A stretch of 64,000 nucleotides of DNA. Origin: an uncultured Bacteroidales bacterium. GTDB lineage: Bacteria; Bacteroidota; Bacteroidia; Bacteroidales; UBA1715. The position numbers were made by a program, and so were the translations under genes. Location: NCBI GenBank assembly GCA_937892155.1, contig CALAUG010000060.1, forward strand, positions 3,931 through 67,930, read 5' to 3'. The notes under the pieces were generated by a model. That model made no database searches and had not been told where the DNA came from. It was given only the letters and a program-made list of their open reading frames with translations. Positions within the stretch are counted from its first letter, which is position 1. Each line of letters begins with the position of its first letter. Positions 14,950 to 24,845 of this stretch are shown piece by piece.

Positions 14950-16482
14950 ATGAAACGAATCTTTCTTTTCCTTTTGTCACTTTGGCTATGCTTTATTGTG
15001 AATGCACAAGAAAATATACGTGCATATAAAAATCCCGTGATTCCCGGTATGGCACCAAATCCAAGCGTATGTCGAGTAAATGATGACTATTATTTGGTAA
15101 CGAGTTCGTTTAACCAAAATCCAGCTATTCCAATTTACCACAGTAAAGACCTAATAAACTGGGAATTAATAAATTATGCAGTAACCGATAAGAACGGACT
15201 TGATTTAAGCAAAGGCGAAGGTATATTTGCGCCTACTATCCGCTACAACGAATTTGATAGCACATTTTACATAGTCGCGACGAATAGAGGAAACGGAAAT
15301 AGTTTTATAGTTTACACCCAACACCCAGATTCAACATGGAGCGAGCCCGTTTTTTTCGCAAATCCACGTGTTGGACTGTATCCATCATTATTCTGGGACA
15401 CCGACGGTTCATGCTATCTGCAATGTGTTGACAAAAGCAGCATCATTCAAATAGTGATTGACCCCAAAACTGGCGAAGAACTCTCCTCGTTCCACTATTT
15501 AACCGACGGTATTTGTCCCGAAAATCCACACATGTACAAAATTGGGAAATACTATTATTTGATGAACACTGACGGTTGTCAAGAAATTGATTATCACGTA
15601 AATATTAGAATAAGCGACGATATATGGGGCCCTTTTATTCCCTGCCAGCACAATCCTATTTTGTCACACAACCCAGTTCTTTCAAACGACAAAGCCAAGC
15701 GAGACAATCCTATTCAATGTACAGGACATGCCGATATGATTCAAGCACACGACAGCACATGGTTGATGGTATTTTCCGCAACTCAACCATTTCAATTTAC
15801 AAATCAACCGCTTGGTCGGGAGACATTCCTCGTTCCGATCGAATGGAAAGATAAATGGCCAACTGTGAACGACAACGTAACAGTGCCCGAAGTTGTTTCT
15901 AACGAGGGCAACACTGCTCTAACAAGTAGGAAAGGTGTATGCGAATTATATACATTTACGCACATAGAGCCACTTTTGTTGGAATGGAATGCATACCGTA
16001 TTTCACCCGATTCGGTAGCAAAAATCACAGAAGACGGATTAGAAATTAAAGCAAGTTCGACATACGACGCCTTTGTTGGAATTCGTCAGCAAAGTTATAT
16101 TGAAGATCTTGAAACAAAAGTAGAAATTGCCAATTGGGAAGGCGATGCTGGTATTTGTGTTCACAATAATCACGATGGGCGATACAATCTTGCGTTAGTG
16201 CGCGAAAATGGCAAAGCATACGTAGAATTACACTATTTGTTTCACAGTATTAACCAGACTAAAAGAATCGAAATTGATTCAAAAACACATGAAATCCGTC
16301 TCAAAATATCTTCAAAAAATGATATATACGAATTCTATTATTCGCTAGATGGAAACAGTTGGAAATCGATTGGTTCAATTGAATCTTCCTTCCTTTTGGA
16401 ATCCAATTCCGGACTTTTGCTTGGTCCATACGTAGAAAAAGGTTCGGCAACGTTCAGCTACTGCTCGTTTACAACAAAATAA
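14950..16482 (+). CDS. glycoside hydrolase family 43-like protein (beta-xylosidase/arabinofuranosidase architecture) with atypical catalytic positions
   Basis: 510 aa with a signal peptide. NPVIPGMAPNPSVCRVNDDYYLVTSSF...IYHSKDLINW resembles the XynB-type GH43 N-terminus, ENPHMYK carries the acid Glu, and a C-terminal beta-sandwich region is present. See the finding on the Asp-to-Asn and Asp-to-Tyr changes. Confidence 0.75.
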   Translation: MKRIFLFLLSLWLCFIVNAQENIRAYKNPVIPGMAPNPSVCRVNDDYYLVTSSFNQNPAIPIYHSKDLINWELINYAVTDKNGLDLSKGEGIFAPTIRYNEFDSTFYIVATNRGNGNSFIVYTQHPDSTWSEPVFFANPRVGLYPSLFWDTDGSCYLQCVDKSSIIQIVIDPKTGEELSSFHYLTDGICPENPHMYKIGKYYYLMNTDGCQEIDYHVNIRISDDIWGPFIPCQHNPILSHNPVLSNDKAKRDNPIQCTGHADMIQAHDSTWLMVFSATQPFQFTNQPLGRETFLVPIEWKDKWPTVNDNVTVPEVVSNEGNTALTSRKGVCELYTFTHIEPLLLEWNAYRISPDSVAKITEDGLEIKASSTYDAFVGIRQQSYIEDLETKVEIANWEGDAGICVHNNHDGRYNLALVRENGKAYVELHYLFHSINQTKRIEIDSKTHEIRLKISSKNDIYEFYYSLDGNSWKSIGSIESSFLLESNSGLLLGPYVEKGSATFSYCSFTTK

Positions 16483-16485
16483 CAA

Positions 16486-17589
16486 TTATCGTAAACCAGA
16501 ATTCAAATACAATATTTCAGTATTGCCATTTTTGAATTTCACGATATTCAAACCTTTTTGAAGATTGGGAATTTCGCGTCCTTGTACATCATAAATTGAT
16601 TCTGGAGCATCATCTTGTGTAATATTTTCCACTGATAAAGGATCTTCGCACTCTATCATTGAGAAATTTGACCAAATCTCATTGGTTTCATACTCACTTT
16701 TGGACTGACAAGGCACATACAAAGTCGCATTATATGAGCTAAAAGGCTCATCCTTACCTACAGGCGGTTTAGTAGTCAAACAATGAAATTCCGATAAACT
16801 GTCACATTCCCCAAATGCTTCCTTGCCGATTTTTACTGTATATATATTCGGCTCGAGTACAACTTTTTTTAACGATGGGCACCCTTTAAATGCGTAATAT
16901 TCAATCTCACGAATAGACTTTGGAATTGATATGGAATCAAGACTCAAACAATCTCCGAAAGCATAATAACATATTTCACGTACATATTTCGGTAAAGTCA
17001 CATCATGTAAACTATCACATCCTGAAAACATACGATATTCAAGTACATGCAGATAATTTGGTAATTTAATTGTTTTTAAACTTTTACAATTGGAAAAAGC
17101 ATACCCACCAATTTCCTCCACACTGCTCGGCAAAAAAACTGATGATAAATTTTCGCAATTCAAAAAAGCTCCAAAACCAATTGTTTCAACCTTTTTCGGA
17201 ATTTTTATTGATGTAAGGCTGGTACATTCCATAAAAACACGCTCGCCAATAGAAACAAGCGAACTTGGCAATACTACATTGTACAGATTTGTACAACGTG
17301 AAAATGCATCATTACCAATAACTGTCACTTTTGAAGGCAATGTTATAGACTCTAAATTCTCACAATTGGCAAAAGCACGATTGGCAATACTTGTAACGTA
17401 ATATCTATAACCATCTATCACAAAATAAGCAGGGATTTCCAAGTCAACGTGTCGTTTTGACGAACCGTAAGAAACAACCTCCAACTCGTCATCAGATATA
17501 AATTCATATCGCACGCCATTGTCATATATTTGGGCAAAGATAGGCTGTGAAACAAACCACAACAACACAATAAAAAAAAATTTCTTCAT
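16486..17589 (-). CDS. BspA-type leucine-rich repeat surface protein with a probable T9SS C-terminal sorting domain
   Basis: 367 aa with a signal peptide, about 10 repeats of the type IGxxAFxxCxSLxSIxLPxSV, and a C-terminal ~70-aa beta-rich tail. Confidence 0.75.
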   Translation of the reverse strand: MKKFFFIVLLWFVSQPIFAQIYDNGVRYEFISDDELEVVSYGSSKRHVDLEIPAYFVIDGYRYYVTSIANRAFANCENLESITLPSKVTVIGNDAFSRCTNLYNVVLPSSLVSIGERVFMECTSLTSIKIPKKVETIGFGAFLNCENLSSVFLPSSVEEIGGYAFSNCKSLKTIKLPNYLHVLEYRMFSGCDSLHDVTLPKYVREICYYAFGDCLSLDSISIPKSIREIEYYAFKGCPSLKKVVLEPNIYTVKIGKEAFGECDSLSEFHCLTTKPPVGKDEPFSSYNATLYVPCQSKSEYETNEIWSNFSMIECEDPLSVENITQDDAPESIYDVQGREIPNLQKGLNIVKFKNGNTEILYLNSGLR

Positions 17590-17602
17590 TCCGATTTTTT
17601 TA

Positions 17603-17610
17603 CAAAAATA
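17603..17610 (-). promoter_or_regulatory. putative -7 promoter box for the LRR gene
   Basis: Minus-strand TATTTTTG, 14 nt upstream of the ATG at 17589. Confidence 0.35.
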
Positions 17611-17689
17611 AAAACAAATGACAAAAAAACTACTGATGATGAGTTTTTGGGTTTCAACTCTTTTCTCAAAATAAATTGGAAGAAAATTA

Positions 17690-17697
17690 TACCTTTG
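17690..17697 (+). promoter_or_regulatory. putative -7 promoter box for the 447-aa membrane protein gene
   Basis: TACCTTTG, 43 nt upstream of the ATG at 17740. Confidence 0.4.
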
Positions 17698-17739
17698 TCA
17701 CATTAAGTAATTTACTACAAGCAATGTAGTTTCATCAAG

Positions 17740-19083
17740 ATGCGTGATTTAGTTTCTGGGTACGACATAATAATAGTTGTGATACTTTTAGGTATTTTAT
17801 ACCTCATCGCACACAAAGTACAAGAAACCCACATCGACCGTTTTAATTATTATTCGCACTATACACGCGCACTATTCCTAAAAATCTTTGCAGGAATGAT
17901 TTTCTGCTGCGTCTATATTTTTTATTACAATGGTGGAGATACCCAGTATTACTTTACTGGTACACGCTGTATTGTAAAAATGGCTGGGAAAAATTTCGGT
18001 GCGTTTTTACAGTTGATGCTGGGAGAACGAACACCCGAACTGCGTTCACTCTTTGATTATTACACAGGTTGGCCTACATATTTTAAAGATGCCAATTCTT
18101 GGGCTGTTTGCCGTTTCTCTGTACCTTTCTATCTGCTTGGATGCGGCTCATATTTGGGAATGACCATGGTTATGAATTTCCTACTATTCATTCCAATGTG
18201 GAATTTTTACAAACTCTTCATTAAACTCTACCCCAAAATGTCAAAATTTGGTGCAATAGCATTATTCTACATTCCATCGGTGATATTTTGGGGATCGGGA
18301 TTATTGAAAGATGGATGGTGCCTTGCCGCTGTGCTTGCTATTTACACAGCCTGTCATAATATATTTGTAAGGAAACGCTCGATTTTGAAAAACATATTTA
18401 AATATTTATTCTGGTCGTACATACTAATATCCATTCGACCATACGCATTTTACACCGTATTGGGCACGAGTATGATTTGGATTGGAACTAATTTGTTAAA
18501 GACTATTGACAGCACATTTATTCGAGTAACATTTTTCCCTCTTGTCGCATCAGTTGTTGTAATAATTTTCGTTGTCTTTATGAAAAACTCTGGAAATATT
18601 GCAGAAGGACACTACGCAACAGTTGATGAAATGATGACTCACGCAGTTGTAATCCAAGATGATTTAAAACGTGACTATTATGGTGCTAATAGTTTTGATA
18701 TTGGTACTTTCGACGCTTCTATTTCCGGTATGTTGGCAAAATTGCCACAAGCAACAATTGCTGGAATGTTCCGTCCATTTATATGGGAAGCTCGAACGCC
18801 TTTTATGCTTATGGCCGGACTTGAGAATATTGTTTTACTGCTACTGTCCATCTGGGCATTGCTTGTTTTTCGACTCAAATTATTTTCATTTCTGTTTAAG
18901 GATGGTTTTCAATGCAGTTTAGCAATTTTTGTGATTGTATTCGCATTTTTCATCGGCTTGACAATTGCGAACTTTGGTGCCTTGGTACGATATAGAATCA
19001 TTTTACAACCATTTTTCTGTCTCATACTTGGACGACTATGGTTCTTACATCGGCAAGAAAAATTGGAATCATTAGAGGAATAA
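17740..19083 (+). CDS. polytopic integral membrane protein, function unknown
   Basis: 447 aa with at least 10 hydrophobic segments. No catalytic motif recognised. Confidence 0.6.
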   Translation: MRDLVSGYDIIIVVILLGILYLIAHKVQETHIDRFNYYSHYTRALFLKIFAGMIFCCVYIFYYNGGDTQYYFTGTRCIVKMAGKNFGAFLQLMLGERTPELRSLFDYYTGWPTYFKDANSWAVCRFSVPFYLLGCGSYLGMTMVMNFLLFIPMWNFYKLFIKLYPKMSKFGAIALFYIPSVIFWGSGLLKDGWCLAAVLAIYTACHNIFVRKRSILKNIFKYLFWSYILISIRPYAFYTVLGTSMIWIGTNLLKTIDSTFIRVTFFPLVASVVVIIFVVFMKNSGNIAEGHYATVDEMMTHAVVIQDDLKRDYYGANSFDIGTFDASISGMLAKLPQATIAGMFRPFIWEARTPFMLMAGLENIVLLLLSIWALLVFRLKLFSFLFKDGFQCSLAIFVIVFAFFIGLTIANFGALVRYRIILQPFFCLILGRLWFLHRQEKLESLEE

Positions 19084-19132
19084 TTGACAAAAATATTTCA
19101 GGGTTTTGCTATTTTTGGAAAAATAAGAACGT

Positions 19133-19840
19133 ATGGATTGTCAACAACAAATAGAATTCAGCAGAATTCGCACCACAAAGGAAATCTTTTCTGATTTTTT
19201 GTTTTTTCTCAAAACAGAATGGAAATCCTACGGAATAGCGTTATGTGTGACTGTCTTGCCATTTGCTTTGATAAGTGCCTATTTCGTTTCTACAGGAGAC
19301 ATTACTGATATTGAAGATAATTCATTATTCTATGCAATACTAATTTCGTTAATTGGTAAATTCTTTGGAACTTTTATTTCCTGCGCATACGTTGCTAACT
19401 ATATCAATGGAAATAAAAATGATTTTGATACAATAAAATCTTACGTCTTCAAATATTTCAACTTGGCATTTCTAACTGGCTCCTTAAGTCTTATAATTCT
19501 TATCCTTGGACTATTGCTTTACATTATTCCTGCCTTATTGGTGTTGCCACCATTATCGTTCATGCTGTACGACGCATTATTCGCACAGCAAAGACCAGTT
19601 TTTAGTTTTGTACGTTGCATTAAACTCTGTAAAACCAACTGGAAACAATGTTTTGCTGTTGTTTACCTTTGCTATGGATTTATTTTTTTTGCTTCACTTC
19701 TGTTGGGAACTATTATTCCAGAATCAAACAATTTCGCCACAATATTTTTCTCATCTATCTTGACTGTTGCAAGCGAAACCATAATGATTCCATTCATATT
19801 ACTATATTATAGTTTAGGAAATCAAAATATGCAGATATGA
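19133..19840 (+). CDS. integral membrane protein, function unknown
   Basis: 235 aa with several hydrophobic helices. Its stop overlaps the next start (ATGA). Confidence 0.55.
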   Translation: MDCQQQIEFSRIRTTKEIFSDFLFFLKTEWKSYGIALCVTVLPFALISAYFVSTGDITDIEDNSLFYAILISLIGKFFGTFISCAYVANYINGNKNDFDTIKSYVFKYFNLAFLTGSLSLIILILGLLLYIIPALLVLPPLSFMLYDALFAQQRPVFSFVRCIKLCKTNWKQCFAVVYLCYGFIFFASLLLGTIIPESNNFATIFFSSILTVASETIMIPFILLYYSLGNQNMQI

Positions 19841-20136
19841 TTATCATCAACACAACACTTTCGTTTGCCGACGAAATTCAATCCAACGCCATAGAATGGC
19901 TCAAAACCGACTATATGCCATTACTTAAAGCATGTCCTTTAGTAAACTCTGTGGATTTATTTTCCATTGAAGCACAACAAGGTGCAGATGATTGTTTTGC
20001 CTTACAGATTCGCTTTAATTCTACAGAAAATTTTTCGATGTATAAAGCAAAATTTCAGCAAGATTTTGAAGCGGCACTTTATGCAAAATTCACCAATCAA
20101 TTTGGTATGTTCAAAACTATACTTACCTCATTATGA
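19837..20136 (+). CDS. DUF4286-family protein
   Basis: 99 aa. The N-terminal pattern MIIINTTLSFADEIQSNAIEWLKTDYMPLL resembles the Bacteroidota DUF4286 family. It is start/stop-coupled to both neighbours. Confidence 0.6.
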   Translation: MIIINTTLSFADEIQSNAIEWLKTDYMPLLKACPLVNSVDLFSIEAQQGADDCFALQIRFNSTENFSMYKAKFQQDFEAALYAKFTNQFGMFKTILTSL

Positions 20137-20981
20137 TCCTTGTCGCCGACAGTGGTTCCACGAAAACAGAATGGTCCTGCATCGCAGAACAATCTACAAC
20201 TCGATTCAACACAATAGGTATGAATCCCTATTTTGTTACAGAAGAAATGATATGCAAGGAAATACGTAACAATTTTCCCACACAGTACCAAACAAACGAT
20301 ATTGACGCAATATATTTTTTCGGCTCAGGCTGTGGACGCGAAGAATCAAAAGCAATAGTACGAAATGCACTACAAGCAATTTTTGTCCACGCAAACATTA
20401 CCGTTGATTCCGATTTAGTTGGAGCGGCTATTGCCAATTACGGAAAAGAACAAGGCATTATTTCTATATTAGGAACTGGGATGAATATTGGTTACTGGGA
20501 TGGTCAATCCGTACATACACCCCTTCCCTCTCTGGGATTCATTTTAGGTGATGCTGGCAGCGGTTCTGCCCTCGGAAAAACGCTGATAAAGAATATTTTT
20601 GAAAGACAAATGACCAGTCAAACAACAGAAGCTTTTTTCAATCAGTATAAACTAACTGTTACCGAATTACTGGAAGCAGTATACAAACGCCCACGCCCCA
20701 ACGCATATCTGGCAAGTTTTGTACCTTTTATTGCAGAACATAAAGATTTGGAAGATATACAACTATTGATTCGCTCCGTATTTGCAAATTTTACAAATAT
20801 ATATGCAAAGCAAATTGCGGCAGATTTTCAATCGGATAAGATAGCATTTGTTGGCTCTATAGCAAAAATTTTCCAAAATGAACTTAGAGAATCATTACAA
20901 ACAGCAAATATTCAGCTCACAAAAATATCCAGTCATCCCATAGAAGGAATGGAAATATTTTTTAAAAATGATAGAATCTAA
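20133..20981 (+). CDS. BadF/BadG/BcrA/BcrD-type ATPase, N-acetylglucosamine-kinase-like
   Basis: 282 aa with ASKHA phosphate-1 motif LVADSGSTKTEW, plus GTGMN and GDAGSG motifs. Confidence 0.7.
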   Translation: MILVADSGSTKTEWSCIAEQSTTRFNTIGMNPYFVTEEMICKEIRNNFPTQYQTNDIDAIYFFGSGCGREESKAIVRNALQAIFVHANITVDSDLVGAAIANYGKEQGIISILGTGMNIGYWDGQSVHTPLPSLGFILGDAGSGSALGKTLIKNIFERQMTSQTTEAFFNQYKLTVTELLEAVYKRPRPNAYLASFVPFIAEHKDLEDIQLLIRSVFANFTNIYAKQIAADFQSDKIAFVGSIAKIFQNELRESLQTANIQLTKISSHPIEGMEIFFKNDRI

Positions 20982-20992
20982 ATAGTTCTTAA

Positions 20993-21553
20993 CTATTCGT
21001 ATTTTTCAAACATCATTTGAGAAGACAGAAGCTCCGCGATACGTTTGTCTTTCAACAATTCAACAATTTTAAAAGCAAAAAGTACTGCTGCCCCCGGACC
21101 ATTTGCTGTTATAATATTTTGCGAGACAACAACGGATTGCTTTAAACACGTCGAGCCTAATAATTTATCTTCATAACCAGGATAACAAGTAGCTTCTTTT
21201 CCGTTCAATATTCCCAATTCTCCCAATACGTAAGGAGCAGCGCATATCGCAGCAATCCACTTGCCTTTATTATTTTGTTCCATTAACATCTCTGCCAAAA
21301 GCTCACATGCCGCTAGGTTATCTGAGCCAGGCATGCCGCCAGGCAAAATAAGTAAATCGGCTATTTCCGGAGAAATCAAATTTATGGTTGTATCACATAA
21401 TACGTGCAAACCGTGTGAACCTATAACTTCTATTTCATTAGTAATAGAAACAGTCTCTATATCAAAACCCGCTCTACGCAATATATCAACAGGAGCTAAA
21501 GCTTCCAACTCTTCAAAACCATCTGCTAAAAAAATGTAAACTTTTGAATCCAT
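20993..21553 (-). CDS. DJ-1/PfpI (ThiJ/YajL) family protein
   Basis: 186 aa with nucleophile-elbow motif AAICAAP and LILPGG. Confidence 0.85.
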   Translation of the reverse strand: MDSKVYIFLADGFEELEALAPVDILRRAGFDIETVSITNEIEVIGSHGLHVLCDTTINLISPEIADLLILPGGMPGSDNLAACELLAEMLMEQNNKGKWIAAICAAPYVLGELGILNGKEATCYPGYEDKLLGSTCLKQSVVVSQNIITANGPGAAVLFAFKIVELLKDKRIAELLSSQMMFEKYE

Positions 21554-21587
21554 ATTTCAAATTGACATTTTTAAACTCTATCAAAAA

Positions 21588-23051
21588 TTACAAACTCCAT
21601 TCAAAACCATCCTTGGTATCTTTCACAGAAAAGCCAAGATTAGCTAATTCATCACGGATTTTATCGCTTGTAGCCCAATCTTTATTTGCTTTTGCTTGTT
21701 TTCTGATTTCCAAAAGTAAATCAATTGCTCCTTTGTAAGCTTTGTCTTGTTGATTATTGCTTTCTTCAACTCGAAGACCGAGAATGTCTTTCACAAATAC
21801 ATCAAATGTTTGTTTCAATTCATCTAAATCTTCTTTTGAAAGCGTTGCTTTTCCGTCTGTTACCAAATTGATAGCTTTGGTAGCGTCGAACAAATTCGAA
21901 ATCACAATCGGCGTATTCAAATCGTCGCACATTGCTTCTTCGCAACGTTGGGCAAGTCCTTTCACATCAACAGTTGACTGTGTGGCTGGAGTGATTTTTT
22001 GCAAACGGTTGTATGCATCGATTAAGCGGGCAAATCCTTTTTCTGCTGCTTGCAAAGCATCGTTGCTGAAATCAACAGTGCTGCGATAGTGAGCTTGCAA
22101 TATGAAGAAACGGATTGTCATTGCCGAATATGCACGCTCCAATTTTTCGTGCGTGCCAGTAAAAAATTGGTCCAGAGTAATGAAATTGTTATAACTCTTG
22201 CCCATTTTTTGTCCGTTGATGGTAATCATATTGTTGTGAATCCAATATTTTACCGATTCGTGTCCCAGGGCAGCTGTTGATTGTGCAATTTCGCATTCGT
22301 GGTGAGGGAAAATCAAATCCATACCGCCACCATGAATATCAAAAGTTTCTCCTAAATATTTGGTTCCCATTGCCGAACATTCCATGTGCCAACCAGGAAA
22401 ACCGTCGCTCCAAGGTGAAGGCCAACGCATAATATGTTCAGGTTGAGCTTTTTTCCAGAGAGCAAAATCAAGCGAACATTGTTTCTCGTCTTGGCCGTCA
22501 AGTTCGCGTGTTGTTTCCAACAATTCGTCGATGTTACGTCCAGAAAGTTTTCCATAATGGAAATCTTTGTTGTATTTACGAACATCAAAGTAGATAGAAC
22601 CTTGGCTTTCGTATGCGTAGCCAGCTTCCAAGATTTTCTTTACAAAATTGATTTGTTCGATAATGTGTCCCGAAGCTTGAGGTTCAATGCTTGGAGGAAG
22701 TACGTTGAGAGCCGCCATTGCATTACGGAAACGGTTCGTATAATATTGAGCCACTTCCATTGGTTCTTTTTGTTCGAGACGAGCTTTTTTTGCGATTTTG
22801 TCCTCGCCTTCGTCAGCATCGTGTTCCAAGTGTCCAACATCGGTAATGTTGCGCACGTAACGAACCTTGTAACCCAAATGGGTTAAATAACGATACAAAA
22901 CGTCGAATGTGATTGCAGGACGGGCGTGTCCCAAATGTGCGTCGCCATATACTGTAGGGCCGCATACATACATACCAACATGTGGAGCATGAAGCGGTTT
23001 AAATGACTCTTTTTGACGAGTTAAAGTATTGTATATAAATAAACTTTGCAT
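21588..23051 (-). CDS. cysS: cysteine--tRNA ligase
   Basis: 487 aa with HIGH-type HLGHAR, a KMSKS-type KMGKS, and zinc ligands in WHMECS. Confidence 0.92.
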   Translation of the reverse strand: MQSLFIYNTLTRQKESFKPLHAPHVGMYVCGPTVYGDAHLGHARPAITFDVLYRYLTHLGYKVRYVRNITDVGHLEHDADEGEDKIAKKARLEQKEPMEVAQYYTNRFRNAMAALNVLPPSIEPQASGHIIEQINFVKKILEAGYAYESQGSIYFDVRKYNKDFHYGKLSGRNIDELLETTRELDGQDEKQCSLDFALWKKAQPEHIMRWPSPWSDGFPGWHMECSAMGTKYLGETFDIHGGGMDLIFPHHECEIAQSTAALGHESVKYWIHNNMITINGQKMGKSYNNFITLDQFFTGTHEKLERAYSAMTIRFFILQAHYRSTVDFSNDALQAAEKGFARLIDAYNRLQKITPATQSTVDVKGLAQRCEEAMCDDLNTPIVISNLFDATKAINLVTDGKATLSKEDLDELKQTFDVFVKDILGLRVEESNNQQDKAYKGAIDLLLEIRKQAKANKDWATSDKIRDELANLGFSVKDTKDGFEWSL

Positions 23052-23100
23052 AATCCTTGTTATCTACATATAGGAAAAGAATACATCCCCTATTTCAAGT

Positions 23101-23108
23101 TCAAAAGT
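23101..23108 (-). promoter_or_regulatory. putative -7 promoter box for cysS
   Basis: Minus-strand TACTTTTG, 50 nt upstream of the ATG at 23051. Confidence 0.4.
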
Positions 23109-23177
23109 ACACAAATTTGTTGAATTAAAAAACCTTCTAAATTTCTTCTATGCCAAGACAGCAACAAGTTTTATAAA

Positions 23178-24659
23178 TTATAACTCAGCATGCTTCTCCA
23201 TTCCCTCTACATAAATTGCAGCAAATGGTCGTGCAGGACAAAGGTTTTCGCATGCACCACAACCTATGCATCGCTCTGTATTTATGGCTGGTATTTTTAA
23301 AGATTCAGAATTAGCAGCATCCTTAGGAACCATAACAATTGCCCCAACAGGACAATGACGTTCGCATAAGCCACAAGAAACAGCATCGGTTTCAACAATA
23401 CAGTTTTTCTGTACAAATACGGCCGTCCCAATTTTTATAGAAGACTTTTCTGCTGTAGTTACAGGCTTAATTGCGCCAGCTGGACAAACTTCTGAACACT
23501 TTACACATTCCGGACGACAATACCCTTTTTCAAAAGACATTGTTGGTTTCAGCAAAGACTGAAGTTCCGTTGAAGGACGTAACACCTGATTAGGACAGGC
23601 AGAAATACACAATTGACATGCAGTGCAATGATCATTAAAATGACGAATACTTTGTGCGCCCGCAGGAACAGGGAATTTAGTTCTTTGCACAATCTCCTTA
23701 TCCTGAATTACAGCAAGGCCACCATCAACTTTCTTTTCTTGGGCCTGTACTGCCAATCCAGCCAATGTTAGTCCAGAAACCGCTATAAATTTTCTCCGAG
23801 AATCATCAACTGCACCTTCTTCGGTTACTTTAGAAGATTTTTTTCCAAAAGAATATTGAATTGCTTGTTTATTGCACGATTCCAGACAATCAAAACAAAC
23901 AACGCAACGTGAATAATCTACAGTTCTATCTTCAGAATTTATGCACGATGCCTTACATTTTTTTGCGCACAATCCACAATGTACACAAGCATCATCACTG
24001 ATTTTTATTTTAAAAAACGAATATCGTGAAAAGAAACCTAACAATGTCCCGACTGGACAAATCGTATTACACCACGTTCTGCCATTTTTCCACGAAAGGA
24101 ATCCAATTACAACAAACGTTACAATAGCTATAATCAACGATGAAATACTTTTTATCACCACATCAACATCGTAGAACACATAACTATCGAATCGTTCTGC
24201 AAAATAAGCTAGGCCATTATTTGCAAATTGATATATCGGAGCGAACACATTTGTTGCAATTCTACCATAGGCACTATATGGAGCTATCAAGGTCGCAATA
24301 ACGTTAAGACCCGGCACAAGCATCAATACAATAAAAACAACAAGCACGCATCTTCTCAACCATTTCTTTTCGGTTGAATACGAATAACGGTTCTTCCTCG
24401 CCTTTTTGCCAAACCAGGAGAATATATCCTGCATAATGCCAAGTGGACAAATTACCGAGCAATAGATTCGACCAAATACAATCGTAAGAATCAACAAGGC
24501 AGCTACAATTATAAAATTGAGTGATAAGATTGCAGGAAGCAATTGAATTTTTGCCATCCAACCGAAATATGAATGCAGAGACCCTGTAAAATCAAGGAAT
24601 AGCAATGTGATGGCCACCCAAAATATACAAGCAAGGATAATTCTAATTTTTCGTAACAT
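23178..24659 (-). CDS. membrane-anchored polyferredoxin (NapH/MauN-like N-terminal half fused to a multi-[4Fe-4S] C-terminal half)
   Basis: 493 aa with transmembrane helices carrying CxxCP motifs (CSVICPLG, CNTICPVG), several CxxCxxCxxxCP ferredoxin motifs, and an internal SRRKFI twin-arginine-like segment. Confidence 0.75.
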   Translation of the reverse strand: MLRKIRIILACIFWVAITLLFLDFTGSLHSYFGWMAKIQLLPAILSLNFIIVAALLILTIVFGRIYCSVICPLGIMQDIFSWFGKKARKNRYSYSTEKKWLRRCVLVVFIVLMLVPGLNVIATLIAPYSAYGRIATNVFAPIYQFANNGLAYFAERFDSYVFYDVDVVIKSISSLIIAIVTFVVIGFLSWKNGRTWCNTICPVGTLLGFFSRYSFFKIKISDDACVHCGLCAKKCKASCINSEDRTVDYSRCVVCFDCLESCNKQAIQYSFGKKSSKVTEEGAVDDSRRKFIAVSGLTLAGLAVQAQEKKVDGGLAVIQDKEIVQRTKFPVPAGAQSIRHFNDHCTACQLCISACPNQVLRPSTELQSLLKPTMSFEKGYCRPECVKCSEVCPAGAIKPVTTAEKSSIKIGTAVFVQKNCIVETDAVSCGLCERHCPVGAIVMVPKDAANSESLKIPAINTERCIGCGACENLCPARPFAAIYVEGMEKHAEL

Positions 24660-24714
24660 GAGAATACGTTCTTCACTACAATAATACGATTTTTATTTTA
24701 GTGAAAAAAGCGAC

Positions 24715-24722
24715 CAAATATA
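24715..24722 (-). promoter_or_regulatory. putative -7 promoter box for the polyferredoxin gene
   Basis: Minus-strand TATATTTG, 56 nt upstream of the ATG at 24659. Confidence 0.35.
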
Positions 24723-24845
24723 AGTTATAAACAATATATACCATTAATATAAAGTTCTGAAGACTCTACTATGATTTTGGCACGCAGTTTGCAAATAACT
24801 ATTTAAACAAAATATACAGAACTTAAAGTATAGGAGGACAAAGTC

